Source: a virus
Taxonomy: Duplodnaviria > Caudoviricetes
Length of the DNA stretch: 64,000 nucleotides
IMG/VR virus record: IMGVR_UViG_3300037601_000024
Span: 1-64,000 of that record
Strand: one strand, 5' to 3'
Numbering within the stretch: the first letter of the stretch is position 1; each line of letters starts with the position of its first letter. The notes beneath the pieces were generated by a model. It saw only the letters and a list, made by a program, of their open reading frames with translations. It did no database searches and was not told where the DNA came from. Below are positions 47,818 to 58,761 of this stretch, one piece after another. The position numbers were made by a program, and so were the translations under genes.

Positions 47818-49248
47818 ATGGCAGATGGAATGAACCTACCAGACCTCGCGTTCCCAATCGATCGCATTGTTGAACAGCGAGAGACGGCAATCGCCAAGTT
47901 TGGAGAAGCAATTTCGCTTCTTACTCAGGCACACAGCACCGCCGAAGCAGCTATGGAGCTGGTTAGAGACGCTTCATACGCCAACACGCACTACGACGAC
48001 CGAACCAACTATCGCAACGCCGTAGACAATGTCCGATCACCGAACGGCTTTGATCGCGAACTGTCCGCAACCGCGTTCCGGCATTACGCGGACGCATCGA
48101 TCTGGAACGGAATCTTTAATCGCACCGGCATCCTCGACATGATGGATCACCGAGAAAAGAAGAAGTGGCGCGAACAACTATCAACAGAGATCGCCGAGAT
48201 CACCGCTGAGAACATTGAAGCGACCATGACCGGCGTCATCTCAGAAGCTCCATTGATGTTCATGAGAGGACTGGCGAACGCTTTCTCGTCGTTGGATAAG
48301 CGGTTTAAATCGCATGACGCTTTCAAAGTCGGTGACCGCATTATCATCACGCGGCTGTTCGATGAGTGGGGATATATGAACCACGGAAGCTGGGCGGAGA
48401 ACACTCTGACCGATATCGAACGATGCTTCGCCAAGCTGGACGGTGTCGCTCCCTCGCCAGGTGATCTTCGACAGGCAATCAATGACAGCCGCACTCCTGG
48501 CGCCGGACGACAGCAAAGCGAGGTTCAGACGCGGTTCTTTAAGGTTCGCGGCTTCAAGAACGGTAACGCTCATTTGTGGTTCACGCGCGACGATCTGGTG
48601 AAGCGGGTCAATCTGACACTCGCCGACTATTACGGTGAAGTTCTGCCAGACGCAGCGACAAAAGGCGACGGGTCGCCTTGTACGAGTACAGAGGTAGCCA
48701 AAGACCTCCAATTCTATCGAACGCCAGACGCATTGGCACAGAGGATTATCGATGATTATCCCGTCCACACTGACGCTCACATTCTGGAGCCAAGCGCCGG
48801 TGATGGATCGTTTGTCATCCCACTTTTGAAGCGCGGCAACACTGTCGAGGCTGTGGAGTATGACCATGATCGCGGCAACAAGATCATTGACCGTGCGCGG
48901 GTCGAAGGATTGTCCGGCTACACAGTGCGCAATGCCAACTTCCTCGAGATGGAGCCGCGAGAAGACTTCGACGCGGTGTATATGAACCCGCCATTCTATG
49001 GAACGCATTGGGTCGACCATGTCGTCCACGCGATGAAGTTCGTACAGCCAGGAGGACGATTGTTCGCGATCCTGCCGGCGACAGCCGAGATCGGTCAGAC
49101 CGCGCGCCACAAAAGCTTCCGCCAGTGGATGAAGTCATACGAGGGATGGTATCGCGATCCCTTCATGTCACTGCCGGCCGAAAGCTTCGCAGAGTCGGGA
49201 ACCCGTGTCGCTACGGTCCTGCTCCGCCTTGAGAAACCACGAGCATAG
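47818..49248 (+). CDS. DUF4942-like domain plus SAM-dependent N6-adenine/N4-cytosine DNA methyltransferase
   Basis: FYRTP, ILEPSAGDG (motif I), MNPPFY (motif IV), LPAESF.ESGT; N-terminal FANAF...FKSH..FKVGDRII...FK(N)GNAH. Confidence 0.75.
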   Translation: MADGMNLPDLAFPIDRIVEQRETAIAKFGEAISLLTQAHSTAEAAMELVRDASYANTHYDDRTNYRNAVDNVRSPNGFDRELSATAFRHYADASIWNGIFNRTGILDMMDHREKKKWREQLSTEIAEITAENIEATMTGVISEAPLMFMRGLANAFSSLDKRFKSHDAFKVGDRIIITRLFDEWGYMNHGSWAENTLTDIERCFAKLDGVAPSPGDLRQAINDSRTPGAGRQQSEVQTRFFKVRGFKNGNAHLWFTRDDLVKRVNLTLADYYGEVLPDAATKGDGSPCTSTEVAKDLQFYRTPDALAQRIIDDYPVHTDAHILEPSAGDGSFVIPLLKRGNTVEAVEYDHDRGNKIIDRARVEGLSGYTVRNANFLEMEPREDFDAVYMNPPFYGTHWVDHVVHAMKFVQPGGRLFAILPATAEIGQTARHKSFRQWMKSYEGWYRDPFMSLPAESFAESGTRVATVLLRLEKPRA

Positions 49249-49257
49249 GAGGCTCCA

Positions 49258-50499
49258 ATGAGTAAGAAGACATTTGCCGTAGATGTACCGGTTTGGGCGA
49301 CGATCCGAGTGGAAGCTCGGTCCCACAAGGAAGCAATCCGCAAGGTCGTCGCTGAAGCCAAGTGTTCAGAGCTTCACGTAGAAACCCATGAGTTGACCGG
49401 AATGGACCTCTCTCCCGTAGCAACCATCGCCTGTGATCCTGAAGACTGGATCGGCGTGGCACCAAGATTGGATGACGAAGAATGAACGGATTTGTCGAAA
49501 ACGCCGAAGAGAAGGAGGTCATCTCAGTCTCACCACCAGAGCCGAAGCAGCGCTACTTCTTCGCCTTGATCACAGTGATCGAATACAACGATCCCGACGT
49601 AGACACCTTCTGGACGAAGGAAGAGGCAGAAGCCGAAGCCATCAAGTTCTGGAACAAGGTCTATGATCTTGAGATGGAAACCGCCGACGAACTCATGGAA
49701 ATGGAGATGCGATCCGGCGACTTTGTGTGGATTAAGACAATACTTTTGCCTGACACACCCACTTGACCATCTAACCTCACACTTTTAATTGTCAGTCATT
49801 GATTACAATACGGAGAGCTAAGCACCCATGAAATATTTCGCAATCATCGCAGTCGCAGCCGCTGGTATCACCATCTTTGGGACGGTTTCCAGTTTTGAAG
49901 CCAAGAAAGACGATGCGGTTCGCATTCTGGAAGACACCCACAACGTGAAGGTCACGTCGATCGGCTACGCAATGTACGGGTGCGGCGAGGAAGACAACTT
50001 CAGCTTCAAATGGAAGGGAGTGAACGAAGACGGCAAAGAAGTTCAAGGCAATGCGTGCTCTGGATTTCTCAAAGGCACAACCATCCGGTTCAAATAGGAG
50101 GCTTCAATGTCCAAACCTCACCTCAACAAAGAATCCGCACTGCCGATCATCCGGAAGGCGTATCTCGAAAAGAAACTCCAGGCGCAGAACGTCGAAAATG
50201 GCATGCCTAATGTTTCTTGCCAGTACCGAGACGGCGAAGGTAACGCGTGTGCGATCGGCCAGCTAATTGATGATGAAACCGCTGCGCGATGGGACAAACC
50301 AGACGGTGGCGAATTTAGCAGCCTAAATATTACTATGGTGATCGAGCGCAACCTCGCCACCGTGGAAGCAGGCGATAAGGATTGGTTTGCAGAAGTGCAG
50401 GATGCGCATGACGAATGGGTTCAATCTGCACCTGGCGCGACGCCCTGTGGCTCCGACAAAACCTACGAAGAAAAATTCCGGTCATTGATCGGCCTATAA
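49258..50499 (+). other. Small hypothetical CDS (49258-49485, 49482-49766, 49828-50097 membrane-anchored, 50107-50499)
   Basis: ORF track, GGAG SD motifs. Confidence 0.5.
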
Positions 50500-50529
50500 T
50501 TGTAAGTCACGTTTGACTAAAGGAATAAA

Positions 50530-51882
50530 ATGACCACTACCCCCTCCCCCATTGGACCGCAAAACAGCTACGTCCACCCGTCCCTCAATTACATGATCAC
50601 AGATGTCGACGTAGAAGGCATTCGGTATCGCGGCGCCGCTCCACTGATGGACAAGTTCATTGAAGCGATCAAGCAAGGCAAATATCTCGTCGGTATGACC
50701 TTCTATCGGGACTTGGAAATCGACGTGAGATTGCCAATCCGGTTCATTCGAACACTTTGTCTCATCACACAGGATGCCTCACAAGCTTGGGAGTATCGCT
50801 ACGATACACAGCTTGGCACTGTCATTGAGTCTATCGCCGATCCGTCCGTGGTCACGCGTGAAACCCAATCCATGCACGTCTCCAACCCCTACGATGAGGT
50901 CGCAGTCCTTCGCCAGGACACGCAAGCGATGCAGCGCCGCACAGACATGATCCTTGAGCTGTCGGAGATCCCCGAAGCGGATACTGCCAAGGTCATTGAA
51001 CACTGTGAACAGATTTGGCCAGGTCGATCGATCACCCTCGTTGAGAACCAAGTCATGGTCGGCAAGAAACCGTACAAGGAAGCTGCCAAGCAAGAGCTGT
51101 CCGATATCGCCAGCATCTCAAAGGACATGAACGTGCCGGTCAAAGCACGGCCAACCGGTCCATTCCTTGAAGGCGTAGCGATCTTCGCCGACATGCTCGA
51201 ACAGCTCAACAAGATTGCCTACGACGAGAACATGTCTCCGCTGGACAAAGCCAACCTCTGTATGGAGTGGATGGCACGCTCGCGAGTGATCATTGATGAT
51301 CCACGCTGTCCGGCGTCCGAAGAGGAAAAGGACGCTCTGAAGGCTGAGTCCGCCGCTATCATGCGTGAGGTACAGGAAAGCCTCAACCAGATGATCCAAG
51401 CAGAGATGGCCGAACCACCGCTCTATGTCGGCTATCCAACTGTCAGCTCTGACATCGAGCCATACTTCTCCATTCCGGCCGGCGGCACTGACCACTATTT
51501 CGGACTTGGTACCGATCTCAGCATTAATACTGGCTCTATGTTCTCAAGCGTCCGAGATGTTACCGCCGATTGGTTTCTCGATCTCGACCCTGACAACACA
51601 GCCGTGCTTGAATTCATGGACGCACACGTCACCGGCGAGTTCTACTTTACCAAAGAGATCGACTTTCTTGGCCGTAAACACCGCAAGACTGAAGCGATCA
51701 TCCCAGTCTACTGCACTGATCCAATCCAGCTCGCTCGTGGGGAGTTTCCTGACGACTCAGAGGTGACCGAGGACTTCGTGCCAGGAAGACCGCTGGACTT
51801 CGAACCATACGCAGTTTCGGACGCTCCAGTGACACCTATAGACGATGGACCGCTCTCTTGGCTTACGCGTCTGTTCCGCTAA
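50530..51882 (+). CDS. Hypothetical protein (450 aa)
   Basis: Long ORF bounded by 22-bp motifs; no recognisable catalytic motif. Confidence 0.7.
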   Translation: MTTTPSPIGPQNSYVHPSLNYMITDVDVEGIRYRGAAPLMDKFIEAIKQGKYLVGMTFYRDLEIDVRLPIRFIRTLCLITQDASQAWEYRYDTQLGTVIESIADPSVVTRETQSMHVSNPYDEVAVLRQDTQAMQRRTDMILELSEIPEADTAKVIEHCEQIWPGRSITLVENQVMVGKKPYKEAAKQELSDIASISKDMNVPVKARPTGPFLEGVAIFADMLEQLNKIAYDENMSPLDKANLCMEWMARSRVIIDDPRCPASEEEKDALKAESAAIMREVQESLNQMIQAEMAEPPLYVGYPTVSSDIEPYFSIPAGGTDHYFGLGTDLSINTGSMFSSVRDVTADWFLDLDPDNTAVLEFMDAHVTGEFYFTKEIDFLGRKHRKTEAIIPVYCTDPIQLARGEFPDDSEVTEDFVPGRPLDFEPYAVSDAPVTPIDDGPLSWLTRLFR

Positions 51883-52086
51883 TTTAGATTGTAAGTCATT
51901 GTTGACTATTGTATAAGACAGCAACGAAGAAACCCCGGAGAAATCAATGCCTAAATGGCTCCATAACACGATCTGGTTTGTACCAGTCATCACCATTCGA
52001 GCGCCGATCGTAACTCTCGCAATCATCTGTGAGGCGACGGCCGACTTCATCGAAGACTATATCTATCCGCACCTCCCAGGTTTGAA

Positions 52087-52404
52087 ATGAAAGACTTCCT
52101 AGAGCGACTGTATATGACGGCATCACCGGTTCTGATCAGGATTCCATATGTCCCGATCGAACGACGCGTGAAAGAGAAATGGTGGCGCCCAGCTACCAAG
52201 GTTGTCGATTACAAACACCCATTTGATCTCTCAGTCGCCGACATGAAGTTCCGGCTAGGTTTGAACAATGACATGTCAGACCTCCGGATGGCTCTCAACA
52301 ATATGCTCGTGGCCATTCACAGGCATATCCCCGGAAACGACGGTCAAAGTGAAACCTTAGAGCTTAAACTGACCGATCGTGGCCTAACGTACATAGGACG
52401 CTAG
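52087..52404 (+). CDS. Hypothetical protein
   Basis: ORF track; preceded by a short membrane ORF near 51947-52090. Confidence 0.5.
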   Translation: MKDFLERLYMTASPVLIRIPYVPIERRVKEKWWRPATKVVDYKHPFDLSVADMKFRLGLNNDMSDLRMALNNMLVAIHRHIPGNDGQSETLELKLTDRGLTYIGR

Positions 52405-52454
52405 GCCAATTGTAAGTCATTATTGACTATCTTACCCCAACCAAGGAAAATGAA

Positions 52455-53087
52455 ATGAAACTCCCAACCCTTGCTCTCGCTGCGCTGGCATGTGCCGCCG
52501 TGGCAAACGCCGATATCTATGCAGGCGGATCACTCGGCACCTGCACCGTGGACCGAAACAACATCGAAGTCGATGGCTGCAAACAATTCGAAGGCATCCT
52601 CGGATACGAATACAGCGACAAGATCGATATCGAGGCGCGCTACAACATCCTCGACGGCGACATCACCGGTCTGAACGGCGCATCGAACAGCAAAGGCACC
52701 TATGGTCGCAAAGAGCTGAAACTCGGCGCAACCTACACCTTCAATCCAGAAGACAAATCTAGCTTCTACGCCGGCGCCTTCATTGGTCGTGGCAAGATCG
52801 AGTCTGAGTTCGTTGGCACCGCAGACAAGCACCCCACGATCACCATCTCCGCCGACAGTGAGACGTCTGAATTCCTTTACGGCTTCACCGCTGGTTATGG
52901 CTGGTCGGTCAAGCCAAACGTGTCGGTCTTCGCAGAGACGGCGTACACGTCTTATCTCGATAACGGCATCGACACTCGCTACCACGTTGCAGGCAACGGC
53001 GCGACCGGTGAGCTTCACCCTGGCGGCGTGATGGGAGAAGACCGCTCCTACGACCTGAAAGTGGGTTTCCGCTACCGCTTCGACTAA
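52455..53087 (+). CDS. Outer-membrane beta-barrel protein (OmpA-TM/Ail/Lom-like)
   Basis: Signal peptide ending ANA, alternating aromatic strands (GYEYS, GATYTF, GYGW), C-terminal YDLKVGFRYRFD BAM-type signal. Confidence 0.8.
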   Translation: MKLPTLALAALACAAVANADIYAGGSLGTCTVDRNNIEVDGCKQFEGILGYEYSDKIDIEARYNILDGDITGLNGASNSKGTYGRKELKLGATYTFNPEDKSSFYAGAFIGRGKIESEFVGTADKHPTITISADSETSEFLYGFTAGYGWSVKPNVSVFAETAYTSYLDNGIDTRYHVAGNGATGELHPGGVMGEDRSYDLKVGFRYRFD

Positions 53088-53139
53088 CCCTATTGTAAGT
53101 CATCTCTGACTATGCTTTATTGAATTCAGCAAGACGGAG

Positions 53140-55839
53140 ATGACTTACATGAAGTCGTACATCGACACTTTTCGAACCCACACTGGAGAGATCGTGCAAG
53201 GCGCGAAGCTTCGGAAAGCTCTTCGAGCAACCGCCAAGTTCTATCGAGACAACGCGCAGGCAATCTACGACGAAGACTGCTACGCCAGTCACGTCACGCA
53301 AGAGACGAAAGACAACGCGTTAGCCAAAGGTCTCGCAGCGGCCGAAGAGATCAAGAAAGGCAGAGTAGACAGCTTGGCGGTCGCACAGCGCCTCAACATG
53401 GAACTAACCGGCGAGTGTATCGCTCTACTGGGAGGCGCGTGATGACCAAAGTGATTTTCAAGATCATCGAAGGCTCTGACGTCCAGGCATTCTTTCCGGA
53501 ACTGGCTGGAGACAACAACCCATACACAATGCTCTGCTACGCTCACATTGGACAGCACAGCGCCGCACACGAAGGTTACGTGGTGCAAGGTCGCAACGCT
53601 ACCCCAAGCGAGTACAACGCGCTCCTGAACGAACTGGAGAGCGTTGGCTACGACGACCTGAATGTCGTCTACCGCTTCACACGTGACGACTGGCGCAAGC
53701 GATACGCTCAATGCTTCGAAAAGGTGCCAGCATGAGACTTATCACACTCCCAATCGTCGCGCTCGGAACGTACGTCATCCGCTTTTTTGCTCTGATGCCA
53801 TTCTTCATCATCGAATACAAAATCCGCCTCAGATACAAAAGCGGCCATCGGATAACGGCTTGGTACAACAAATTCGAAATCAAAATGGACAACGGCACGA
53901 TTAACTACCTTTCGTGGAACCAAGCGGCAGGAGTCCGAACGCAACTCCAATTTAACACCAGCCAGATCGAAAGCGTCGAGCAGATCGGCATGAGATTAGC
54001 GTGGAATGTGAAATGAGCGGCGAGACCAAGCTTCATATCGTTTGTGCCGCTTGCAGAGTCGGAGACATCATCTTCGCCGGCGCCAGGCATTACGACACTG
54101 TGATGCAGACTCAAATGAAAGCTGTGTACGGCGACCCAGAGACAAACGAATACCCCAAGATGGAACAAGGCTTCATCGACAACACGGGGAAATTCAGAAG
54201 TCGCGCCGTCGCACTGCTGATCTGCCACGATTACGGTCAACCTCTGCTCAATGACAAGCAAACCGGCCACCTTTTCAGTGAGGATTTATACTGATGGAAT
54301 GCAAAGTCCCAGGCATGAGCTGTGACAACATGGAATGCTCGTTCGGCTGCGCCTATGAAGACATCTTTGGTCCGCTGCCAGGATCAGAACAGGAAAGCAC
54401 CCTATTCGCAGATATCCACGGTCGAGAGATTATGGTTGGTGATCGCGTCCGGCTTTCCACCGAAATCAACGTCGAAGTTCATGGCAAGTGGGTCGACTAT
54501 ACGGTAATCAAAAGACCTGGCGGCTATGCACTGTCCTACCTGATCTCTGAGAAGGGACAAATCCTCCCTGTCGGATACTCAGGCAACTATATGCCGGACA
54601 TCGCACTAGGTGGCGGAAACACAGACTTGAAGCATCTTCTGCATGTCTGTCACCTGCCAGAGGTGTGCGAACTTTTCGAGGTGATAAACGAATGAGTTGG
54701 CACTACGTCCGCATGAAGCATCTGTTTAGAACTGGTGAGTACATCCCAATGATGTCAGATCGAGGGACGTTCTAGTGCACGAAATCATCCCGCACATCAC
54801 GACAACAAACCAAGCGATCGCGGCAATCGTGATCACGGTCCTATTCCTAGGACTGGCGTACATGGCAATTGATGGATGGTACGATTAATGACCCAAAAAC
54901 AATGGTATGACTCGACAGGCTACGCTCAAGGTCAAAGAGGAACGATCGAGCCAACGTGCTGGAGCTTGGAAATCTCTCGCAACGCCACACTGACGGTGAC
55001 AAAGGGACATATCTACTTTCCGGACGAGTGGATCACCCATTTCCATCCGTTCTATGAGAAGCGCCGCCTGAACATGCCGGCGAAAGACTTCACGAAGGAA
55101 GAGGCGCAGAAAGCAGCGCTCGACCTGGCAGAGAAATACGCCTCGCAGGTCTACATCACGATCAGAGAGGCGGCTAAGACATAACCGATGTTTGAAGGCT
55201 TAAAGATCGTCACCGATGAAGAACTTCGCCAAACGAACTACGTTTGGTTTCACTTCCAATACCGGGAAGGCGACCTTATAGAAGCTGAAGGCATCACACT
55301 CACCGGCGAGCTTCACATACTGGACTATCAGGAATGACAGACGAAACCTACCCAACCGATCTCCAGAAGGCAGTCACCAAACACTTCAGACAGCCTCCCA
55401 CAGCCGAAGACTTCCGGAAGTGTGGCTTCACCACAGAAGCAATCAACTACCCACTCACAGAGCGCGGTGTCGCCGCTCTAGCGTACATCAATGGCCTCTC
55501 CTACGAACAGTATGTGAAGATCAGTCCGGCAGTCTTCTTCGCGCCAAACAAGTACATGCAGGAACTCACTGAGAAACGTGGCGAGGCACACGCAGAAGGG
55601 CGCCTGATCAAAGACTCATCTGGACGATGGGTGATCGAGGAAGAGGACTAGAGGCTATGGACATCAAAGTAAGCATCGAAGAGTTGGCTGTGATCGTAGC
55701 AGCACGACGAAACCCAGACCTGTTTGATCCCGATCGAAACGTCAGAGTTGAAGCTGCCGGTGATGAAGAGATTGGCTACGTACAGAAGCGTCTAATCAAT
55801 GAGGCTAGAGAGTTCATCCTGTCTCCGGCAGAGATATAG
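53140..55839 (+). other. Cluster of small hypothetical CDS (53140-53442, 53442-53735, 53732-54016, 54013-54294, 54294-54695, 54890-55184, 55334-55651, 55657-55839)
   Basis: Translationally coupled ORFs typical of phage accessory regions. Confidence 0.55.
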
Positions 55840-56680
55840 ACACTCCCTCTTTTCTTATCGTTTATCGATAATAGAACACCCACTATGTAACACACCCTAA
55901 GTGTTCTATAAGTAGTATGCAATTCCCACGATAAAATAGTACCGGTCTTTCGCCGCGCGGCACATACGTCATACACACGTATATAGGTCGATCCCAAATC
56001 AGTAACGATTGAAGCTCCTGGCGATACATAAGGAATTACCAGAAGAACCAGCTATTTTGCCTGTGAATCAATTAGAGTCACAACGAATCTAGAGACAGAT
56101 ATGGCTATAAAGGATCACTAGTGCTGACCGGTTTTGTAGACGTATCACAAAGCAGCTCAGATTGACTCAGGAGAGACGTGGGAGAGCTTAGTGGTAGGTA
56201 GGTGACCTATAGAGGTAAAACGCGCTGTATGAGCTTCTAAGAGGTTAGCTGTTTTGGGTGGATATGAGGTATGTAAGATAAAGGAAGCAGGAAAGCCGGA
56301 AATAAAAAATTCCGCGCCAAGCCAAACAATTCGTCAAGCGGCTAATTTCCTTCCCTTCGCACCTGCTCCCTCACACTAATCTGCCTTCACCTGGTGACTG
56401 AGCTCACGGCTCCAGGATACCAGCAAACACCGGCTATCCAGCGGTCCCATGGGATCGGCTATACAAGAGAATGGCTCCCCTCCCCTATATAATAATCGGC
56501 TAGCTTTAGCCTTGCCGCTGGAAAGCCGAAGCCACGGGTTCGGATCGCCTTGGCTGACCTCCTGAGTATCCCACGGCAATTTTGTGCCAATATACAGAGC
56601 CATGGCGCAATTTTATTCTTGCCATACCGTGGCATCGTTAGTGGCTTCTTCCGTTCCCGAGTGATTTCACGCAAAAATTT

Positions 56681-56736
56681 GCTACATTGTATGTGTCGCG
56701 ACAGCAAGCGCGACGTTGTTTGACAATCTACGGAGG
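56681..56736 (+). promoter_or_regulatory. Early promoter -10 (GCTACATT) plus hairpin/boxA-like leader, copy 1
   Basis: GTCGCG-ACAGCAAG-CGCGAC then GTTGTTTGACAAT and CGGAGG. Confidence 0.6.
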
Positions 56737-56741
56737 TGCCT

Positions 56742-57137
56742 ATGGCACATGTATTCTATCGTGAGAACGGTGAGCCGTTCACTCTTTCGCCGATCGAAGT
56801 GGTCGCCGAGCCAATCGCAGAAGATTTCTACGAGCTGCTCGAAGACTTCGGCGCCAAGTGCGACGAAATTCTTGAAGAGGGAGATGAGTAATGGCTAGAG
56901 CTGTTTTGATCGATGTGGACGCGGACGGGAACGAGCAAGAGCTGGTCACCGTCGAGGTTCCGAAGGGACTTGAGACATTCGAAGAGTTTCACGAATGGCT
57001 CGATAAGACACTCTTCAGCGAGGAACCTGCCGATGCTTGAAGCCGTCATTGAATTCGCCGGTTACGCTGCAATGGTCGCAGCCTATCTCGCTAAATGGTT
57101 CTTGATCGCTCTCCTGGCGATCGCGTTCACCAAGTAA
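56742..57137 (+). other. Three short early-type CDS (MAHVFYREN..., MARAVLIDV..., short membrane peptide) missed or mis-framed by the ORF track
   Basis: CGGAGG SD before ATG 56742, TAATG coupling at 56891, terminator at 57149. Confidence 0.5.
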
Positions 57138-57148
57138 CTCCACCGAGG

Positions 57149-57177
57149 AAGCCAGGTTTCACGGCCTGGCTTTTCTC
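57149..57177 (+). terminator. Intrinsic terminator
   Basis: AAGCCAGG-N8-CCTGGCTTTT. Confidence 0.65.
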
Positions 57178-57279
57178 ATGCCTCGCTGCCGTCCCATGGC
57201 ATCTTCATTTCCCAGCAACCCCGACTTAATGGCAAGCGAAGATGCCAGGTTAATCGATATTGTAGGCGTGTTTACGTGT

Positions 57280-57352
57280 GCTAGATTCAGTGTGTCAGCC
57301 GGTGTGTGACAGCAAGCGCACCTCTGACGGCTGTTTGAAAATCTAGCGGAGG
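57280..57352 (+). promoter_or_regulatory. Early promoter -10 (GCTAGATT) plus hairpin/boxA-like leader, copy 2
   Basis: GTCAG..GGTGTG-TGACAGCAAG-CGCACC.CTGAC then GGCTGTTTGAAAAT. Confidence 0.6.
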
Positions 57353-57361
57353 TTTATCCCC

Positions 57362-58234
57362 ATGAGCAAGTCTATCAAGACTGAGATCGAAGCCGTGAAA
57401 TCCAATAACGCGGCTGAATGTGCTCTCTGGAGCATTGTCGTGGTTATGGGTCTATTCGGAGCCTATGGAATGTACGTTCTCTTGTGGGACGTTTCCAAGG
57501 TTGCCTACTTCTTCACTGCCGCAATCTTCTTTGCAGTGAGCATCGCTACCCCAATGATGGTGATGCGCGCTGAGAAAGGCACAGGCAAATGGCAAGCGTC
57601 TGCGTTTGTCATCGCCGGATTGCTCGCGCTCGTTGATTGGGGTGCCGGTTACAATTCCGGTATCCAAGTCGAGGCGCAGGTGATGAAGGATAAGTGGGTC
57701 ATTGGTGAGCAGGCTTATAATCAGCGCGTCATCGACGCCACGACCGATCTGAAAACTGCCAAAACAAATCTCCAAGAGGCTACTGAGAAACGTATGGCAA
57801 TTGTGTTCCCTGATCTGTCCGATGCCGGACCTCAGACCACGAAAGCCAAGACTGAAGCTTACAAGGCGGAAGTCAAAGCGGCCGACACAGCGGTGAAGCT
57901 CACCACTAAAGCCAGGGATGAAGCGCAAGCGACATTCGACGCACTGCCGGCCACGTATCAAAAGCCACGCCTGATCGATCATACCTTTTTGGGTTTCGTG
58001 ATGGCAGGCTTGCAGTTCATCACGCTTTTCGGCTTCGTTACTGTTCAGCGCATCACACGCCAGCGTGTCGAGGCTATTCAGTCAACGGCTGAAGCGATTG
58101 AAGCCGAGGTGAACCGGAAGGTATCGGCTCGCACACGTTCCCGTCCTGCTCGTAAGAAAGGCGCGAACAAGAAAGGTGAACAGCCAAAGACGAAGACCCT
58201 GCCAGATGGTCAGGTGATCTATCTCACAGCCTAG
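57362..58234 (+). CDS. Multi-TM plus coiled-coil membrane protein
   Basis: Three N-terminal TM helices, Ala/Lys coiled coil, late TM helix, basic tail; own promoter/leader and terminator. Confidence 0.7.
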   Translation: MSKSIKTEIEAVKSNNAAECALWSIVVVMGLFGAYGMYVLLWDVSKVAYFFTAAIFFAVSIATPMMVMRAEKGTGKWQASAFVIAGLLALVDWGAGYNSGIQVEAQVMKDKWVIGEQAYNQRVIDATTDLKTAKTNLQEATEKRMAIVFPDLSDAGPQTTKAKTEAYKAEVKAADTAVKLTTKARDEAQATFDALPATYQKPRLIDHTFLGFVMAGLQFITLFGFVTVQRITRQRVEAIQSTAEAIEAEVNRKVSARTRSRPARKKGANKKGEQPKTKTLPDGQVIYLTA

Positions 58235-58248
58235 TGGAGTACGAGATT

Positions 58249-58277
58249 AGGGAGCTCTCCGGAGTTCCCTTTTCTTT
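58249..58277 (+). terminator. Intrinsic terminator
   Basis: AGGGAGCTC-TCCG-GAGTTCCCT-TTTCTTT. Confidence 0.7.
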
Positions 58278-58761
58278 GTGCTCACCTAGCAAGCCATGGC
58301 GCCTTTAGTACCGGTCTTTGGTCGCGCGGCTATACGTGTATAGGACTGCCATAAACGAGTGTTGCAGTTTGCAATAAGCCATCACGAAACAGGGTTTTGC
58401 CATTAGTAACACAATGTTTGTGTGCTATCTTATGAGTGTCAGCAAGACAAGACACTTAATGAGGCACACAAATGAAGAAACGCAGCAAAGAATGCTTGAT
58501 CACCAGCCACTTTGGTTCGGTCTATCTGGGAAAGCAAGCGCGCCGACAAAAGCGTGATCGCAAGCTCAGTGACAAGCGTCGCCGCAGAGCACGATAATGA
58601 CACCTGACATTATCCACCCGCTCGCTGAGATCGCCTTTTACAAGATCTTCCCGATCGCCGGCACTCTCATCGCAATTGGCTGCCTTTTGGTTTGCACCAC
58701 TGCCAAAGAGTGGTAGAATTCGAGTCTGACCTGGCTTGTTACCTTTCGCCGGTCAAACCCT

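Larger units (their letters stand above)
4595..53113 (+). promoter_or_regulatory. Dispersed 22-bp quasi-palindromic motif ATTGT(A/C)AGTCA-N4-TGAC(T/A)AT, about 30 copies
   Basis: Starts at 4595, 5977, 7391, 8914, 8949, 11376, 11965, 12468, 12508, 14875, 14923, 20154, 21395, 25608, 29742, 31637, 36814, 38465, 38959, 40260, 41198, 41665, 43419, 45857, 47752, 49788, 50499, 51888, 52409, 53092; all intergenic or overlapping stops/starts, same orientation. Confidence 0.85.

Noticed and set aside
4595-53113. 22-bp repeat as a CRISPR array or REP-like element
   Set aside because: Copies are dispersed kilobases apart, degenerate, sit at gene starts and have no spacers
56512-56579. Hammerhead ribozyme in the non-coding region
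   Set aside because: CTGAGTA does not match the CUGAnGA core and the stem arrangement does not fit
2025-58000. Long antisense or alternate-frame ORFs on the track (for example 2025-2777, 46024-46956, 48241-49110, 22564-23142)
   Set aside because: They overlap well-supported + strand genes, lack SD sites and motifs, and are expected shadows in GC-rich coding DNA
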